This document shows, piece by piece, positions 50,787 to 60,058 of a stretch of 64,000 bases of DNA. The stretch is from an uncultured Thermoleophilia bacterium (GTDB taxonomy: Bacteria > Actinomycetota > Thermoleophilia > UBA2241). Within the stretch, counting starts at the first letter, position 1. Every line of letters begins with the position of its first letter. The position numbers and the translations under genes are program-made. The notes beneath the pieces were generated by a model that was given only the letters and a program-made list of their open reading frames with translations, ran no database searches and was not told the DNA's origin. The stretch is taken from assembly GCA_963715985.1 (NCBI GenBank), contig CAVQSP010000014.1, positions 288,001 through 352,000 on the forward strand. Direction: 5' to 3'.

Positions 50787-51416
50787 GTGGTTGCTGTGTA
50801 CCTCGCCAAACCAGAGGTCCCGACCGGCCAGGGAGTCCTGGTCCTGCACTCGTGGTGGGGCTTGAACGGGTTCTTCCGCGACCTGTGCGACCGGCTGGCA
50901 TCAGACGGCTTCGTCGCACTCGCGCCGGATCTCTACGACGGCAGGACCGCGAGCACCATCGGTGAAGCGAAAGCCCTACGTGCAAGGGTGGGCGCCTCCA
51001 GGAAGGAGTCCGCCTACCGCTACCTCATCCGCATGATCGGCGAGCTCGAAGCGCAGGCTGCCGGGGACCTTGCCCTGCTCGGCTTCTCGATGGGCGGACA
51101 TTGGGCCTACTGGCTCTCTCGGCGCCCTGAGCTTCCCATCTCGAAGACGGTGACGTTCTATGCCGCACGCGACGGGGACTACTCGACAAGCCGCTCAGCC
51201 TTTCTCGCTCACTTCGCCCAGACTGATGAGTGGGTGTCGGCTACCGATGTGCGCAAACTCGAGCGCAGCTTGGCCAAGGCCGGTCGCGAGCATGTGTTCC
51301 ACACCTACGAGGGCACCGGGCACTGGTTCTTCGAGTCCGACAGGCCTGAGTACGACCCTGAGGCCGCGGCGCTCGCATGGGAGAGGACGCATGCCTTCCT
51401 GCGGAGGTCGGGCTGA
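50787..51416 (+). CDS. Cassette 11: dienelactone hydrolase family protein
   Basis: HSWWGLN, APDLY, GFSMGG, YEGTGHWF, AWERT; stop TGA lies in R''. Confidence 0.88.
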   Translation: MVAVYLAKPEVPTGQGVLVLHSWWGLNGFFRDLCDRLASDGFVALAPDLYDGRTASTIGEAKALRARVGASRKESAYRYLIRMIGELEAQAAGDLALLGFSMGGHWAYWLSRRPELPISKTVTFYAARDGDYSTSRSAFLAHFAQTDEWVSATDVRKLERSLAKAGREHVFHTYEGTGHWFFESDRPEYDPEAAALAWERTHAFLRRSG

Positions 51417-51501
51417 CGAGCGCATCAGGCTGACGCGCAGCAAGCGCCGGCGTCGTGTTCTGGGACCGTCGCACGCGCAGCTCATGCGCGGAGCGTTCGG
51501 C
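51411..51501 (+). repeat. attC11
   Basis: R'' GGCTGAC, GCGCATCAGGCTG ... CAGCTCATGCGC, R' GTTCGGC. Confidence 0.82.
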
Positions 51502-51550
51502 GCACCACGGCCGCCGGCGCTCATAGGCAAGGTGGGGTAGGGAAGACCGC

Positions 51551-51919
51551 ATGGACGCATTGCTCTACGTCGCAGCCGCGTTGACCGGCCTCTGGGGGAT
51601 CGCCCACCTCTTCGCCACTCGCGGCGTCGTGGCCGGCTTCGGCGAGCTCACGGCGGACAACCGCCGCATCATCACCATGGAGTGGATCGTCGAGGGCGTG
51701 GCCTTGGTCTCGCTCGCCTCCCTTGTCGCCGCGGTCACCGCCGTCGATGCGGCCGCAAGGGTCTCCTCGGCGGCCTACGCCGTCGCCATCGCCACGCTGC
51801 TCGTGCTGGCGCTCGTCTCGCTCGCGACCGGCTTTCGGGTCGCCTTCCTGCCCTTCCGCCTCTGCCCCTTCATCTTCACGCTCTCCGCGGTCCTGATCGC
51901 TCTGGGCGCCTGGCGGTGA
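51551..51919 (+). CDS. Cassette 12: hypothetical 4-TM membrane protein
   Basis: WGIAHLF, DNRRIITMEW..EG; hydrophobic. Confidence 0.75.
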   Translation: MDALLYVAAALTGLWGIAHLFATRGVVAGFGELTADNRRIITMEWIVEGVALVSLASLVAAVTAVDAAARVSSAAYAVAIATLLVLALVSLATGFRVAFLPFRLCPFIFTLSAVLIALGAWR

Positions 51920-51946
51920 CGGGGCGCTCGCCGGCAGCGGGCGGGC

Positions 51947-52036
51947 ACCGAACAAGCGGCATCGAGCTGATGCGCCGCAGGGTCTTCAGCACCCGGGGAG
52001 CGCTGCGTGCGCAGCGTCATCCGCGGTGCGCTAGAC
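51947..52036 (+). repeat. attC12
   Basis: R'' ACCGAAC, GCATCGAGCTG ... CAGCGTCATCCGCGGTGC, R' GCTAGAC. Confidence 0.72.
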
Positions 52037-52064
52037 ACAACAGAAGCCGTGACCGCGGCGTGTA

Positions 52065-52096
52065 CGATACGTTATACTGTACGTCATAGCGTATCG
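52065..52096 (+). promoter_or_regulatory. Inverted-repeat operator with -10 box for the cassette 13 TA module
   Basis: CGATACG(52065-71)...CGTATCG(52090-96) enclosing TATACT. Confidence 0.55.
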
Positions 52097-52112
52097 AACC
52101 ACGGAGGCCCCC

Positions 52113-52394
52113 ATGCCGCTCTTCCGCCCATCCGTCGACGTCCGTCCCGTCACCGAGTTCCGCGCCCACGCCTCGGAGGTGCTCGAGCAGGTCCAGTCCA
52201 CGAAGCGTCCGGTGGTGCTCACCCAGCACGGCCGCAGCGCCGCCGTGCTCCTCGACGTCGAGCTCTACGAGGACCTTGTCGAGGAGGTCGCCCTGCTCCG
52301 CGACCTGTGCGCCGCCGAGGCGCAGCTCGACGCCGGCATGGTGGTGCCGCACGAGGAGGTCGAGGCGCGCCTCCGGGAGCGCTACGGACGGTGA
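52113..52394 (+). CDS. Cassette 13: Phd/YefM antitoxin
   Basis: PVTEFRAHAS...PVVLTQHGRSAAVL. Confidence 0.88.
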   Translation: MPLFRPSVDVRPVTEFRAHASEVLEQVQSTKRPVVLTQHGRSAAVLLDVELYEDLVEEVALLRDLCAAEAQLDAGMVVPHEEVEARLRERYGR

Positions 52395-52687
52395 GGCTGG
52401 TCTGGTCGCGGCTCGCCGACCGGCAGGTCGACGAGGTGCTTGCCTCCATTGCCGCCGACGATGTCGCCGCTGCCGCGCGCTGGCTCGATGAGCTGCTCGA
52501 ACGGGTCGCCGACCTGCGCCGCTTTCCAGACACCGGGCGCATCGTCCCCGAGATCGGGCGTGACGACCTGCGCGAGCTCCTGATCGGCTCCCATCGCGTC
52601 ATCTACCGCCGCAGCAGCGGCGCGGTCGAGATCGTCGCGCTCCGTCATCAGGCGCAGCGATTCGACGAGGACGGACTTGCGCGGTAG
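52391..52687 (+). CDS. Cassette 13: RelE/ParE toxin
   Basis: LVWSRLA, FPDTGRIVPE, RELLIGSHRVIYR. Confidence 0.88.
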   Translation: MRLVWSRLADRQVDEVLASIAADDVAAAARWLDELLERVADLRRFPDTGRIVPEIGRDDLRELLIGSHRVIYRRSSGAVEIVALRHQAQRFDEDGLAR

Positions 52688-52692
52688 CGTGG

Positions 52693-52782
52693 GTCTGACC
52701 AGCGCATCGACCAGATGCGCCCAACGGTGTCTGTAGGAGAGTCCAGGCGCAGCCCGCGCAGGTCATGCGCGGTGCGCCGGCT
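52693..52782 (+). repeat. attC13
   Basis: R'' GTCTGAC, GCGCATCGACC ... GGTCATGCGCGGTGC, R' GCCGGCT. Confidence 0.75.
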
Positions 52783-52804
52783 GCACCAAGGCAGGAGGGT
52801 CTTC

Positions 52805-53260
52805 GTGAGTCGGGTCGACGATGCGGCGCAGCTCTTCACAGACGGCAAGTCCTGTTCGCAGGCCGTGTTCGCCGCGTTCGCCCCGTCACTCGGAATGGAT
52901 GCGGCTGAAGCCCTCAGGCTCGCTGCGGGCTTCGGTGGCGGCATGCACATCGGCGGCACGTGTGGAGCGGCAACGGGGGCGGTGCTCGTGCTCGGGCTCC
53001 GGTATGCCGGCGACGACTGCGATGCGGGCCGCAAGACGGTCATGGCCGCAGTCGACGCGTTCTTCGCGCGATTCCTGGCGCAGGTCGGTGCAACAGACTG
53101 TCCCGCGATCCTGGAATGCGACATTCGCTCGTCAGAGGGGGCGGAAACCGTGCGAGAAAAGGGCTTGCGTGAAGCGCGATGCCTGCCCGCAGTATGTGCG
53201 GCGGCCCAGATCCTCGAGGAGATGCTGGAGTCGGACCGCCCAACAAGCGCATCAACCTGA
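52805..53260 (+). CDS. Cassette 14: C-GCAxxG-C-C family redox protein
   Basis: SCSQAV, GFGGG...TCGAATG, TDC, C...V; the ORF reads into attC14. Confidence 0.85.
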   Translation: MSRVDDAAQLFTDGKSCSQAVFAAFAPSLGMDAAEALRLAAGFGGGMHIGGTCGAATGAVLVLGLRYAGDDCDAGRKTVMAAVDAFFARFLAQVGATDCPAILECDIRSSEGAETVREKGLREARCLPAVCAAAQILEEMLESDRPTSAST

Positions 53261-53324
53261 CTCGCCCACGCGCTGCGCTTCGCTGTCCGCGCGGCGCTCG
53301 CAGGTCATACGCGGTGCGTTAGGC
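53238..53324 (+). repeat. attC14
   Basis: R'' GCCCAAC, GCGCATCAACCTG ... CAGGTCATACGC, R' GTTAGGC. Confidence 0.88.
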
Positions 53325-53339
53325 CCACAAGGGGGTCGC

Positions 53340-53804
53340 ATGTCGGGGCTCGAGCTGAAGGTCCCTCCGGATGTAGTCTGGCTCGCAGTCGGGGTGATAA
53401 TGTGGCTCGCCTCGAAGGTGACGCCGGGGCTCACCTTCAGATTGCCGCTCCGGCTTCTCGTGGCTGGCGCATGTGTCGCCCTCGGCGTGGGACTCGTCGT
53501 TGGCGCCCGGGTCATGCTGGACCGCGCGCACACGACCTGGCATCCGACCGAGCCCGAGCGCACCACGAGCTTGGTCAGCGGCGGGGTCTTCCGGTTCAGC
53601 CGCAACCCCACATACCTCGGAATGCTGCTCGTCCTCGTCGGTTGGGGGGTGGTCCTGGCCAACCCGCTCGCGTTTGTCCTCGCGGCGATCTTCGCGTTGT
53701 GGATGAGCCGCTATCAGCCCCGGAGGCAGAGGTCAACGGCATTCGGTATGTCGCCATGCGCAAGGAGCGTCCTGCGCGTGGCTGACAAGATGGCATCAAC
53801 CTGA
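53340..53804 (+). CDS. Cassette 15: isoprenylcysteine carboxyl methyltransferase (PEMT/ICMT) family protein, C-terminus disrupted
   Basis: LELKVPP, TTSLVSGGVFRFSRNPTYLG. Confidence 0.8.
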   Translation: MSGLELKVPPDVVWLAVGVIMWLASKVTPGLTFRLPLRLLVAGACVALGVGLVVGARVMLDRAHTTWHPTEPERTTSLVSGGVFRFSRNPTYLGMLLVLVGWGVVLANPLAFVLAAIFALWMSRYQPRRQRSTAFGMSPCARSVLRVADKMAST

Positions 53805-53869
53805 CTCGAGAAAGCGATCGCGGCAAGACGAAGCCGCGGCGCTCCGAGGTTATGCGCGGTGCGTCAGGC
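53780..53869 (+). repeat. attC15
   Basis: R'' GGCTGAC, GCATCAACCT ... AGGTTATGC, R' GTCAGGC; centre nearly identical to attC2. Confidence 0.82.
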
Positions 53870-54814
53870 AGTCCTGTTCACCGTCACTGCCACGTTGCCC
53901 CGCTTGTGCCCAAGCTCCACGTACCTGTGGGCGGCGACGATCTGGTCGAACGCATAGCACCTGTCGTTGACCGGTGTGATCCGCCGCGCTTCCACGAGTC
54001 CTCTCACCTTGTCGAGGCGCTGGGAGCTCAACTCGAGGGACCCATCGTCGATCGAGACGAACGTGCCGCCGTCCGCAAGCGCTCGCCGGCACGCCTCCTT
54101 GAGCGCGGATGTCCTTCGCTTTCCGACCGCGTCGAGCACGACGTCGTACCGTTCCAGCTCTGACAGCGACTGCTCGTCGGTGTAGTCCAGCACTCGGTCT
54201 GCTCCCAGCGCGGTCACGAAGCGAGCATTGCGTGCGCTGCACACACCAGTGACGTCGGCACCGAGATGCTTCGCGTACTGCACCGCGATCGTCCCCGCGG
54301 TGCCGGACGCCCCGTACACGAGCACCTTCTGGTTCGGTCTGACGCCGGCCTTGTCGAGATACTGCAACGCCAGCAGACCACCGTACGCGGCCGAGGTAGC
54401 TTCTTCGTGGCTGGTGTTGGCCGGCTTCAGCGCGATGCAGCCCTGCTTCGAGTCGTCTTCCTTCATGCACTTGTAGTCTGCATACGCGCCGAGAGAGAAG
54501 CCGGTGAGGCCGAAGACCTGATCGCCGGCCTTGAAGCGCCTCGTCCTCGCGCCCACCTGCACGACTTCTCCGGAGAGCACCTCACCGATGATGGGGTGCC
54601 TCGGCCTGGTGATGCCGAGCATCAGGCGCATCGGAATGCGGAAGCGCAGTGGGATCTGCGAGCCCCTGATGAAGAGGTCGCTGTTCGTCACCGAGGTGGC
54701 GTAGATCTTGATCAGGACTTCGTCGTCTCTTGGCACGGGCCTCTCGTACTCCACGATCTTCAGCACGTCGGGAGGGCCGTACTTCGTACAGGCGATAGCC
54801 TTCATGGTCTCCAT
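53864..54814 (-). CDS. Cassette 16: NAD(P)-dependent zinc-type (quinone reductase-like) alcohol dehydrogenase
   Basis: YGPPDVL, YGASGTAG, LGADRVLDY, GHKRGNV. Confidence 0.88.
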   Translation of the reverse strand: METMKAIACTKYGPPDVLKIVEYERPVPRDDEVLIKIYATSVTNSDLFIRGSQIPLRFRIPMRLMLGITRPRHPIIGEVLSGEVVQVGARTRRFKAGDQVFGLTGFSLGAYADYKCMKEDDSKQGCIALKPANTSHEEATSAAYGGLLALQYLDKAGVRPNQKVLVYGASGTAGTIAVQYAKHLGADVTGVCSARNARFVTALGADRVLDYTDEQSLSELERYDVVLDAVGKRRTSALKEACRRALADGGTFVSIDDGSLELSSQRLDKVRGLVEARRITPVNDRCYAFDQIVAAHRYVELGHKRGNVAVTVNRTA

Positions 54815-54841
54815 GGATACTCCTTCGTGATGCGGTAGCTG

Positions 54842-55574
54842 CTAGCTCGCAGGGCTCGGGTCGGTCAGGCAGGGTGCTCCGGAGTCGACGAGCCTTCACG
54901 CCCCTCACGAGGAGCCACAGCGACAGCCCCACTTCGGCGACGAAGCTCACGACGAGCCCGGGAGAGGTGATCGCGGGGTGGGCCGGCAGTAGCAGGGCCT
55001 GAACGAACCAGATCAGGACGGCGATCCCGTCAAGCAGCAGAAGGACGCCCAGGAACCGGGGAAGGTAGCCGGACTTGTAGACCAGGTAGCCGAGCGGGAA
55101 CAGCCACGTGCCGAAGAACAGCTGGGCGGTGACGAAGCCCGTCTTGTACACGTTGATGGACAGGTACCCCAGCCCCTCCAGCTGGGCCGCCGAGTAGGCC
55201 TGCATGTGACTGCCCGCGTCGCCCATCAGGAGCGCGGAGAGCAGCGGGAACATGCTCGCGCACTGTATGGCGACACCGACCGTGTTGAGCAGGAGGAAGA
55301 GCAGCGCCAGATGCTTGTTGACCGGTCGCAGAAGGACGTAGAGACCCCAGGCGGCCATGAGGAAGAGGAACGCCGAGATCAGCCCGACGACAAGAGCCAG
55401 GCGGAAGGATGATGGGTTCGTGACGACCGACTGGTAGACCTGCTGCGCGCTGCCCAGCCCGATGTGCCCCAGCCTGTCGGCGAGCACGGACGTCAGGATG
55501 AACGCGAGGTAGCAGCCGCCCGTGATCCTGGCCAGCCTGTCCGGCGCCAGGCGATCTGTGATGCTGTGGGACAT
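54842..55574 (-). CDS. Cassette 16: DUF4386 membrane protein (3' end uncertain)
   Basis: ARITG..YL, LYVLLRPVNK.LA, FFGTWLFPLGYLVYKSGYLP. Confidence 0.8.
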
Positions 55575-55609
55575 TGCGGTCCCTCCTCTTCTGTCGTTCG
55601 ACGTGCGGA

Positions 55610-55924
55610 TCACGAGATGCTCGCTGACGGCTTGGCGCCCGTCTCTTTCCGAGCGGCGGTGGCGTTGGAGTGGGGAGTCCTGGGGCACGGGGCCCGTGCG
55701 ACGGAGAGCAGCGGCACGCCCAGATCGCGGATCCTCCTCAGCAGGCCATGCAGGGCGGCCTGATCGGCTACCGGTCCGCTGAGGAGCGTCGTGCCGTCCT
55801 CTTTCGGCGTGACGGTCAGGCCCTCGAACCAGTCTGACCATTCGCGGTCGAGATGGCCTTCGATCCTGATCTCGTAGATCGTCGGCTGCCCTGGATCAGG
55901 TTGGGGATCAGGTGTGCTCGGCAT
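55610..55924 (-). CDS. Cassette 16: small conserved hypothetical protein (ACT-like)
   Basis: YEIRIEGHL...WSDWFEG...DQAALHGLL.RIRDLG.PLLSV. Confidence 0.75.
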   Translation of the reverse strand: MPSTPDPQPDPGQPTIYEIRIEGHLDREWSDWFEGLTVTPKEDGTTLLSGPVADQAALHGLLRRIRDLGVPLLSVARAPCPRTPHSNATAARKETGAKPSASIS

Positions 55925-56013
55925 CGGCCTGTGTCCGTTCTCGCGGGTGATGACGGTGCGTGCCACCAGCTCGGTGTACGGGCAGGCTAGGCGTGCCGGA
56001 GTGCCTGCGGTAG

Positions 56014-56055
56014 ACACTTCGGTGTGGGTCGGAGTGTTGTTCTGAGTGTTGTTCT
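56014..56055 (-). promoter_or_regulatory. Putative operator: 12-bp tandem repeat plus short palindrome
   Basis: GAGTGTTGTTCT twice (56032-56055) and ACACTTCGGTGT (56014-56025), between the regulator and its downstream genes. Confidence 0.45.
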
Positions 56056-56106
56056 GGGGTGATGAGGAGCGGAGCGCGGAGGCCGGCGGGGCGCGGGGGG
56101 CTGCGT

Positions 56107-58780
56107 CTACAGCAGGCCCAGCTCCCCGGCGCGGGCGACGGCCTCGGTGCGCCGCTGCACGTTGAGCTTCTCGAAGATGCGGCGGTTGTGGCCCTTGACC
56201 GTGTCCAGGGCCAGGAAGAGCCGCTGGCCGATCTCCCGATTCGAGAGGCCTTGGGCGATCAGCCGCAGGACTTCGAGCTCGCGTTGGCTGAGCGGCTCGG
56301 CCGACGACGAAGGACCGGGAGCGGGGGATGCCGGAGCGGAGGCTGCCGGTCGTCCGCCCTTCGTCTCCCGCCGGAAGGCGGCCAGGAGCCGGCCTACGTA
56401 GTCCGGCCGGATACCCTGCGCGGCCGCCGCGGACAGGAGCTCCGCCATCGGAGCCCCTTCATCCACGAAGAGACGGATGAAGCCGCCGGGCTCGGCCAGC
56501 GCCAGCGCCTCGCCCAACGAGTGCGCCGCCGCGCCCTCGTCCGCCCCGCCCTCTTCCTCGAGCGCGTGCTGGGCAACGGCTTGCAGCACTAGCGTCCTCA
56601 GCCGTTCGTCCGCCCAGCCCTGGGCCTGCAGGCGCTGGCCCAAGGGTCCCAGCACCGCCAGCGCTGCGCCCGGATCGCCCTGGGCGATGAGCACGCGCGC
56701 CTGGCTGTGCGGGAGGTCGTACTGCCCGGCAAGTCGAGCGGCAGCGGCGACCTGGTCCTGTCTGATCAAGATGAGGACCTGCGCGGCGGCGATCTCCGGC
56801 AGCCGCATGATGAAGGCGTTGTCCTGCGCGGATCGTTGCGCCTCGGCCAGCATCGTCGCCGCGCCCTCCGCATCGCCCCGGGCCAGTGCCACGCGGGCGA
56901 GGAAGACGTCGCCGGCGATGGATCGGTCGATCGCGCGGTCGTAGAGCCGGGCCAGATCCCGGCTCTGCTGCGCGTGCCGTTCGGCGGCATCCAGGTCGTC
57001 CCACTCGTAGGAGATGGAGGCCAGGCTGAGATGCGCTTCCTCGACGTTCGGCAGCGGCTGGTCGCCGGCGAGCTCCAGCACTCGCCGGTAGCTCTCGGCC
57101 GCCTGGTGGAGCTGGTTGTCCAGCTCCTGCACCTTGCCCAGGGCCTCGGACGCCAGCATCCTCGAGAACACGTGCCCGGATCTCTCGGCGAGCTCGACAC
57201 ACTCCCGGCAGGCGCGAGCGGCGGCCGACCCGATCGCCCCCAAAGAGCTGGGCGTACGTCGCCGCCCACGCGGCGGTGAAGCGGAAGGGCAGGTTCTCGG
57301 GGCGCAGGTACTCCTGGGCACGACGTGCCTGGGCGGCCATCGTCTGGACGTCGTAGCGGGTGAACGCCAGGGTGGCCCTGGCACAGGCTATCTGCCCGAT
57401 CAGGTCGCGGACCTCCTCGTCGAGGTCAACGCCCTGCAGCGCCTGCTCGGCCGCCTGCAGCTTCTCCTCGACCCCCGTCGTCTGCGCGGCCATCAACGTC
57501 ACCGTGGCGGAGCGCACCAGCAGCCGGGGTCGTGCCTCGAGCACCGCTCCTGGGAGGGAGGCCAGCCAGTCCAGGATGGGCATCAACACGCTGCGCAGAT
57601 GCAGGTCCATGTCCGAGCTGTCGATGAGACGCTCCGCGCGCTCCACGTCGTCGGCTGCCGTCGCGTGCTGGAAGGCCTCGAGGAGCCGGCCCTCGCGCTC
57701 GTACCATTCACTGGCCCGGAGGTGCAGGTCGGCGATCTCCTCCGCCGAGGCACTCTGCCCCAGCCGGCGCTGCAGCAGGTCGCCGAAGAGATGGTGGTAG
57801 CGGAACCAGCGCCGTTCGTCGTCCAGAGGGATGATGAACAGGTTCGCGCGCTCTATGGCCCGCAGGGTCTCATCGCTCGCGCCGGCCGGGGCGCGCAGGA
57901 GCGCGTCGCACAAGGGGCCGCACAGGCGGTCGAGGACGGACGTGCGCAGCAAGAACGTCTGGACCTCGGCGGGCTGTCGCTGCAGGACCTCCTCGAGCAG
58001 GTAGTCCAGCACGAAGCGGTGGCTCCCGGTGAAGGAGCGGATGAAGCCGGCGGCATCCGGGAGTCCCTGGAGGGAGATGGCCGCCATCTGCAGTCCGGCG
58101 ATCCAGCCCTCGGTGCGGGTCTCCAACGCCTCGATGTCGTCTGCTGAGAGGTCGAGACCCGCCGCCCGCTTGAGGAACTCGGTGGCTTCAGCGGGCGTGA
58201 ACCGCAGGTCGGCGGCGCGCAGCTCGGTCAGCTGGCCGCGGGCGCGCAGCCGGGCGAGGGGCAGACGTGGGTCCTCGCGGGTGGCGATGACGAGATGCAT
58301 CCGCGGCGGCAGGTGCTCGAGCAGAAACGCGAGGGCCTCGTCGTCCGGCCTGGAATCGAGCACATGGTAGTCGTCCAGGATGAGCACGAAGTCGTCGGGG
58401 ACGGTGCTGAGCTCATTGACGATGGTCGTGAGGATCGACTCGATCGGCGGCGGCTGAGGCGACTGGAGCGCGACCATCACCCCGCTGCCGATCTCCGGTG
58501 CGATCGTCCGCGAGGCGGCGACGAGGTAGGTCAGGAAACTCGAGGGATCGTCATCTCTCTGATCGAGCGACAGCCAGGCGACCGGTCGCCCACACCCGAC
58601 GGCCCATTCGGCGACCAGTGTGGTCTTGCCGAAGCCCGCGGGTGCAGAGACGAGGGTCAGCTGCCCGTGCGTGCCCTCGTTCAGCCGCTCCATCAAGCGG
58701 GGGCGGGCGACTACGCCGGGCCGAGGCGGCGGGACGTACAGCTTCGTCAAGAGAAGTGGGGCAGGCGCTCCGTTGGTCAC
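56107..58780 (-). CDS. Cassette 16: MalT-like LuxR-family STAND transcriptional regulator (frameshift near 57230)
   Basis: TKLYVPP, APAGFGKTT, LILDDYH, TEGWIAGLQ, RYHHLF; C-terminal LSQRELEVL..IAQGLSNREI HTH. Confidence 0.88.
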
Positions 58781-58945
58781 AGCCGCTCCAGGAGCCGAGT
58801 CACGGCAAACTCAGGACCAGTCTATCCGTTCCTGCCTTGCCGTTCCCTCCGAGTAGGCGGAGCGCGCCCATCCCCGGACGGTGGGGATAGCGTATCGTTC
58901 CACTTCAGGAAGGGCCATGTTGCAGGTGGTCTCTGGATTCGCGCT

Positions 58946-59032
58946 ACCTGACGATCGCGTCAACCTCGCGCGGCCCAGCGCCGCGATACACTGCGGTCGC
59001 AGCGCGCGCAGGTCTTGCGCTGCACGTTGGAC
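58946..59032 (+). repeat. attC16
   Basis: R'' ACCTGAC, CGCGTCAACCT ... CAGGTCTTGCGC, R' GTTGGAC. Confidence 0.72.
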
Positions 59033-59062
59033 CGACATCACAGGAGACGCATCGGGGGGACC

Positions 59063-60034
59063 ATGAAGGCAGTCGTGCAGACCGAGTACGGCACGCCGGA
59101 CGTCATGCGGCTCGCGGACGTCGACACTCCCTCAGTCCGCGAGAACGAAGTCCTCGTGCGCGTTCGTGCCGCCTCCGTGAACCCGCCGGACTGGGCCGGA
59201 GTGCATGGCGCGCCGTACATCGTCCGCCTGGCCTTCGGGCTGCGCAGGCCCAAGCTCGGCATCCGCGGCACCGACCTGGCGGGCACAGTCGAGGCGCTCG
59301 GCGCGAACGTGACACGGCTGTCTGTCGGTGACGAGGTCTTCGGCGTCGGCGTCGGCACCTTCGCGGAGTATGCGGTCGCAAAGGAAGAGCACCTCGCGCC
59401 GAAGCCGGCCGGCATCACGTTCGAACAGGCTGCAGCCACGGGGATGGCCGCATTGACCGCGCTCCAGGCGCTGCGTGACGCCGGTCGCATCCGGGCGGGA
59501 CAGAAGGTGCTCATCGTCGGCGCCGGCGGCGGGATCGGCACGTTCGCCGTCCAGATCGCGAAGTCCTTTGGCGCGCACGTGACCGGCGTCTGCAGCACGT
59601 CGAAGCAGGAGCTGGTCCGCTCGCTCGGCGCCGACAACGTCATCGACTACACGGCGGAGGACTTCACGCAGGGCGGAGAACGCTACGACCTCATCTTCGA
59701 CAATGTGCTGCGACACTCGCTGTCCGAGCTCCTGCGTGCGCTCAATCGCAGCGGCACACTCGTGCCCAACGGCGGTCAGTTCTACAAGCGCTGGTTCGGG
59801 AGCGTCGGTGTCCTCATGGTCAAGGCGCCGCTGCTCTCGCTGTTCGTGCCGCAGCGGATCCGCGTGTGCACGGAGCGCCCAAGGCAGGACGATCTGCTCG
59901 TTCTGAAGCAACTCATCGAGTCCGGGAAGCTGATGCCGGTCGTCGGCCGGACGTACCGTCTGGACCAGGCCGGCGAAGCCATCTCCCACTTCGGGGAGGG
60001 GCACGCAGAGGGCAAGGTCGTCATCACTCCCTGA
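59063..60034 (+). CDS. Cassette 17: NAD(P)-dependent zinc-type alcohol dehydrogenase
   Basis: YGTPDV, ASVNP.D, GAGGGIGTFAVQIAK, GHAEGKVVI. Confidence 0.9.
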   Translation: MKAVVQTEYGTPDVMRLADVDTPSVRENEVLVRVRAASVNPPDWAGVHGAPYIVRLAFGLRRPKLGIRGTDLAGTVEALGANVTRLSVGDEVFGVGVGTFAEYAVAKEEHLAPKPAGITFEQAAATGMAALTALQALRDAGRIRAGQKVLIVGAGGGIGTFAVQIAKSFGAHVTGVCSTSKQELVRSLGADNVIDYTAEDFTQGGERYDLIFDNVLRHSLSELLRALNRSGTLVPNGGQFYKRWFGSVGVLMVKAPLLSLFVPQRIRVCTERPRQDDLLVLKQLIESGKLMPVVGRTYRLDQAGEAISHFGEGHAEGKVVITP

Positions 60035-60058
60035 GGCTGGGGAGCGGACCCGCCTGCG

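Noticed and set aside
54860-54875. GTCAGGCAG inside the large cassette as an extra attC right end
   Set aside because: No upstream R''/L'' arm or hairpin; it lies within the DUF4386 3' end
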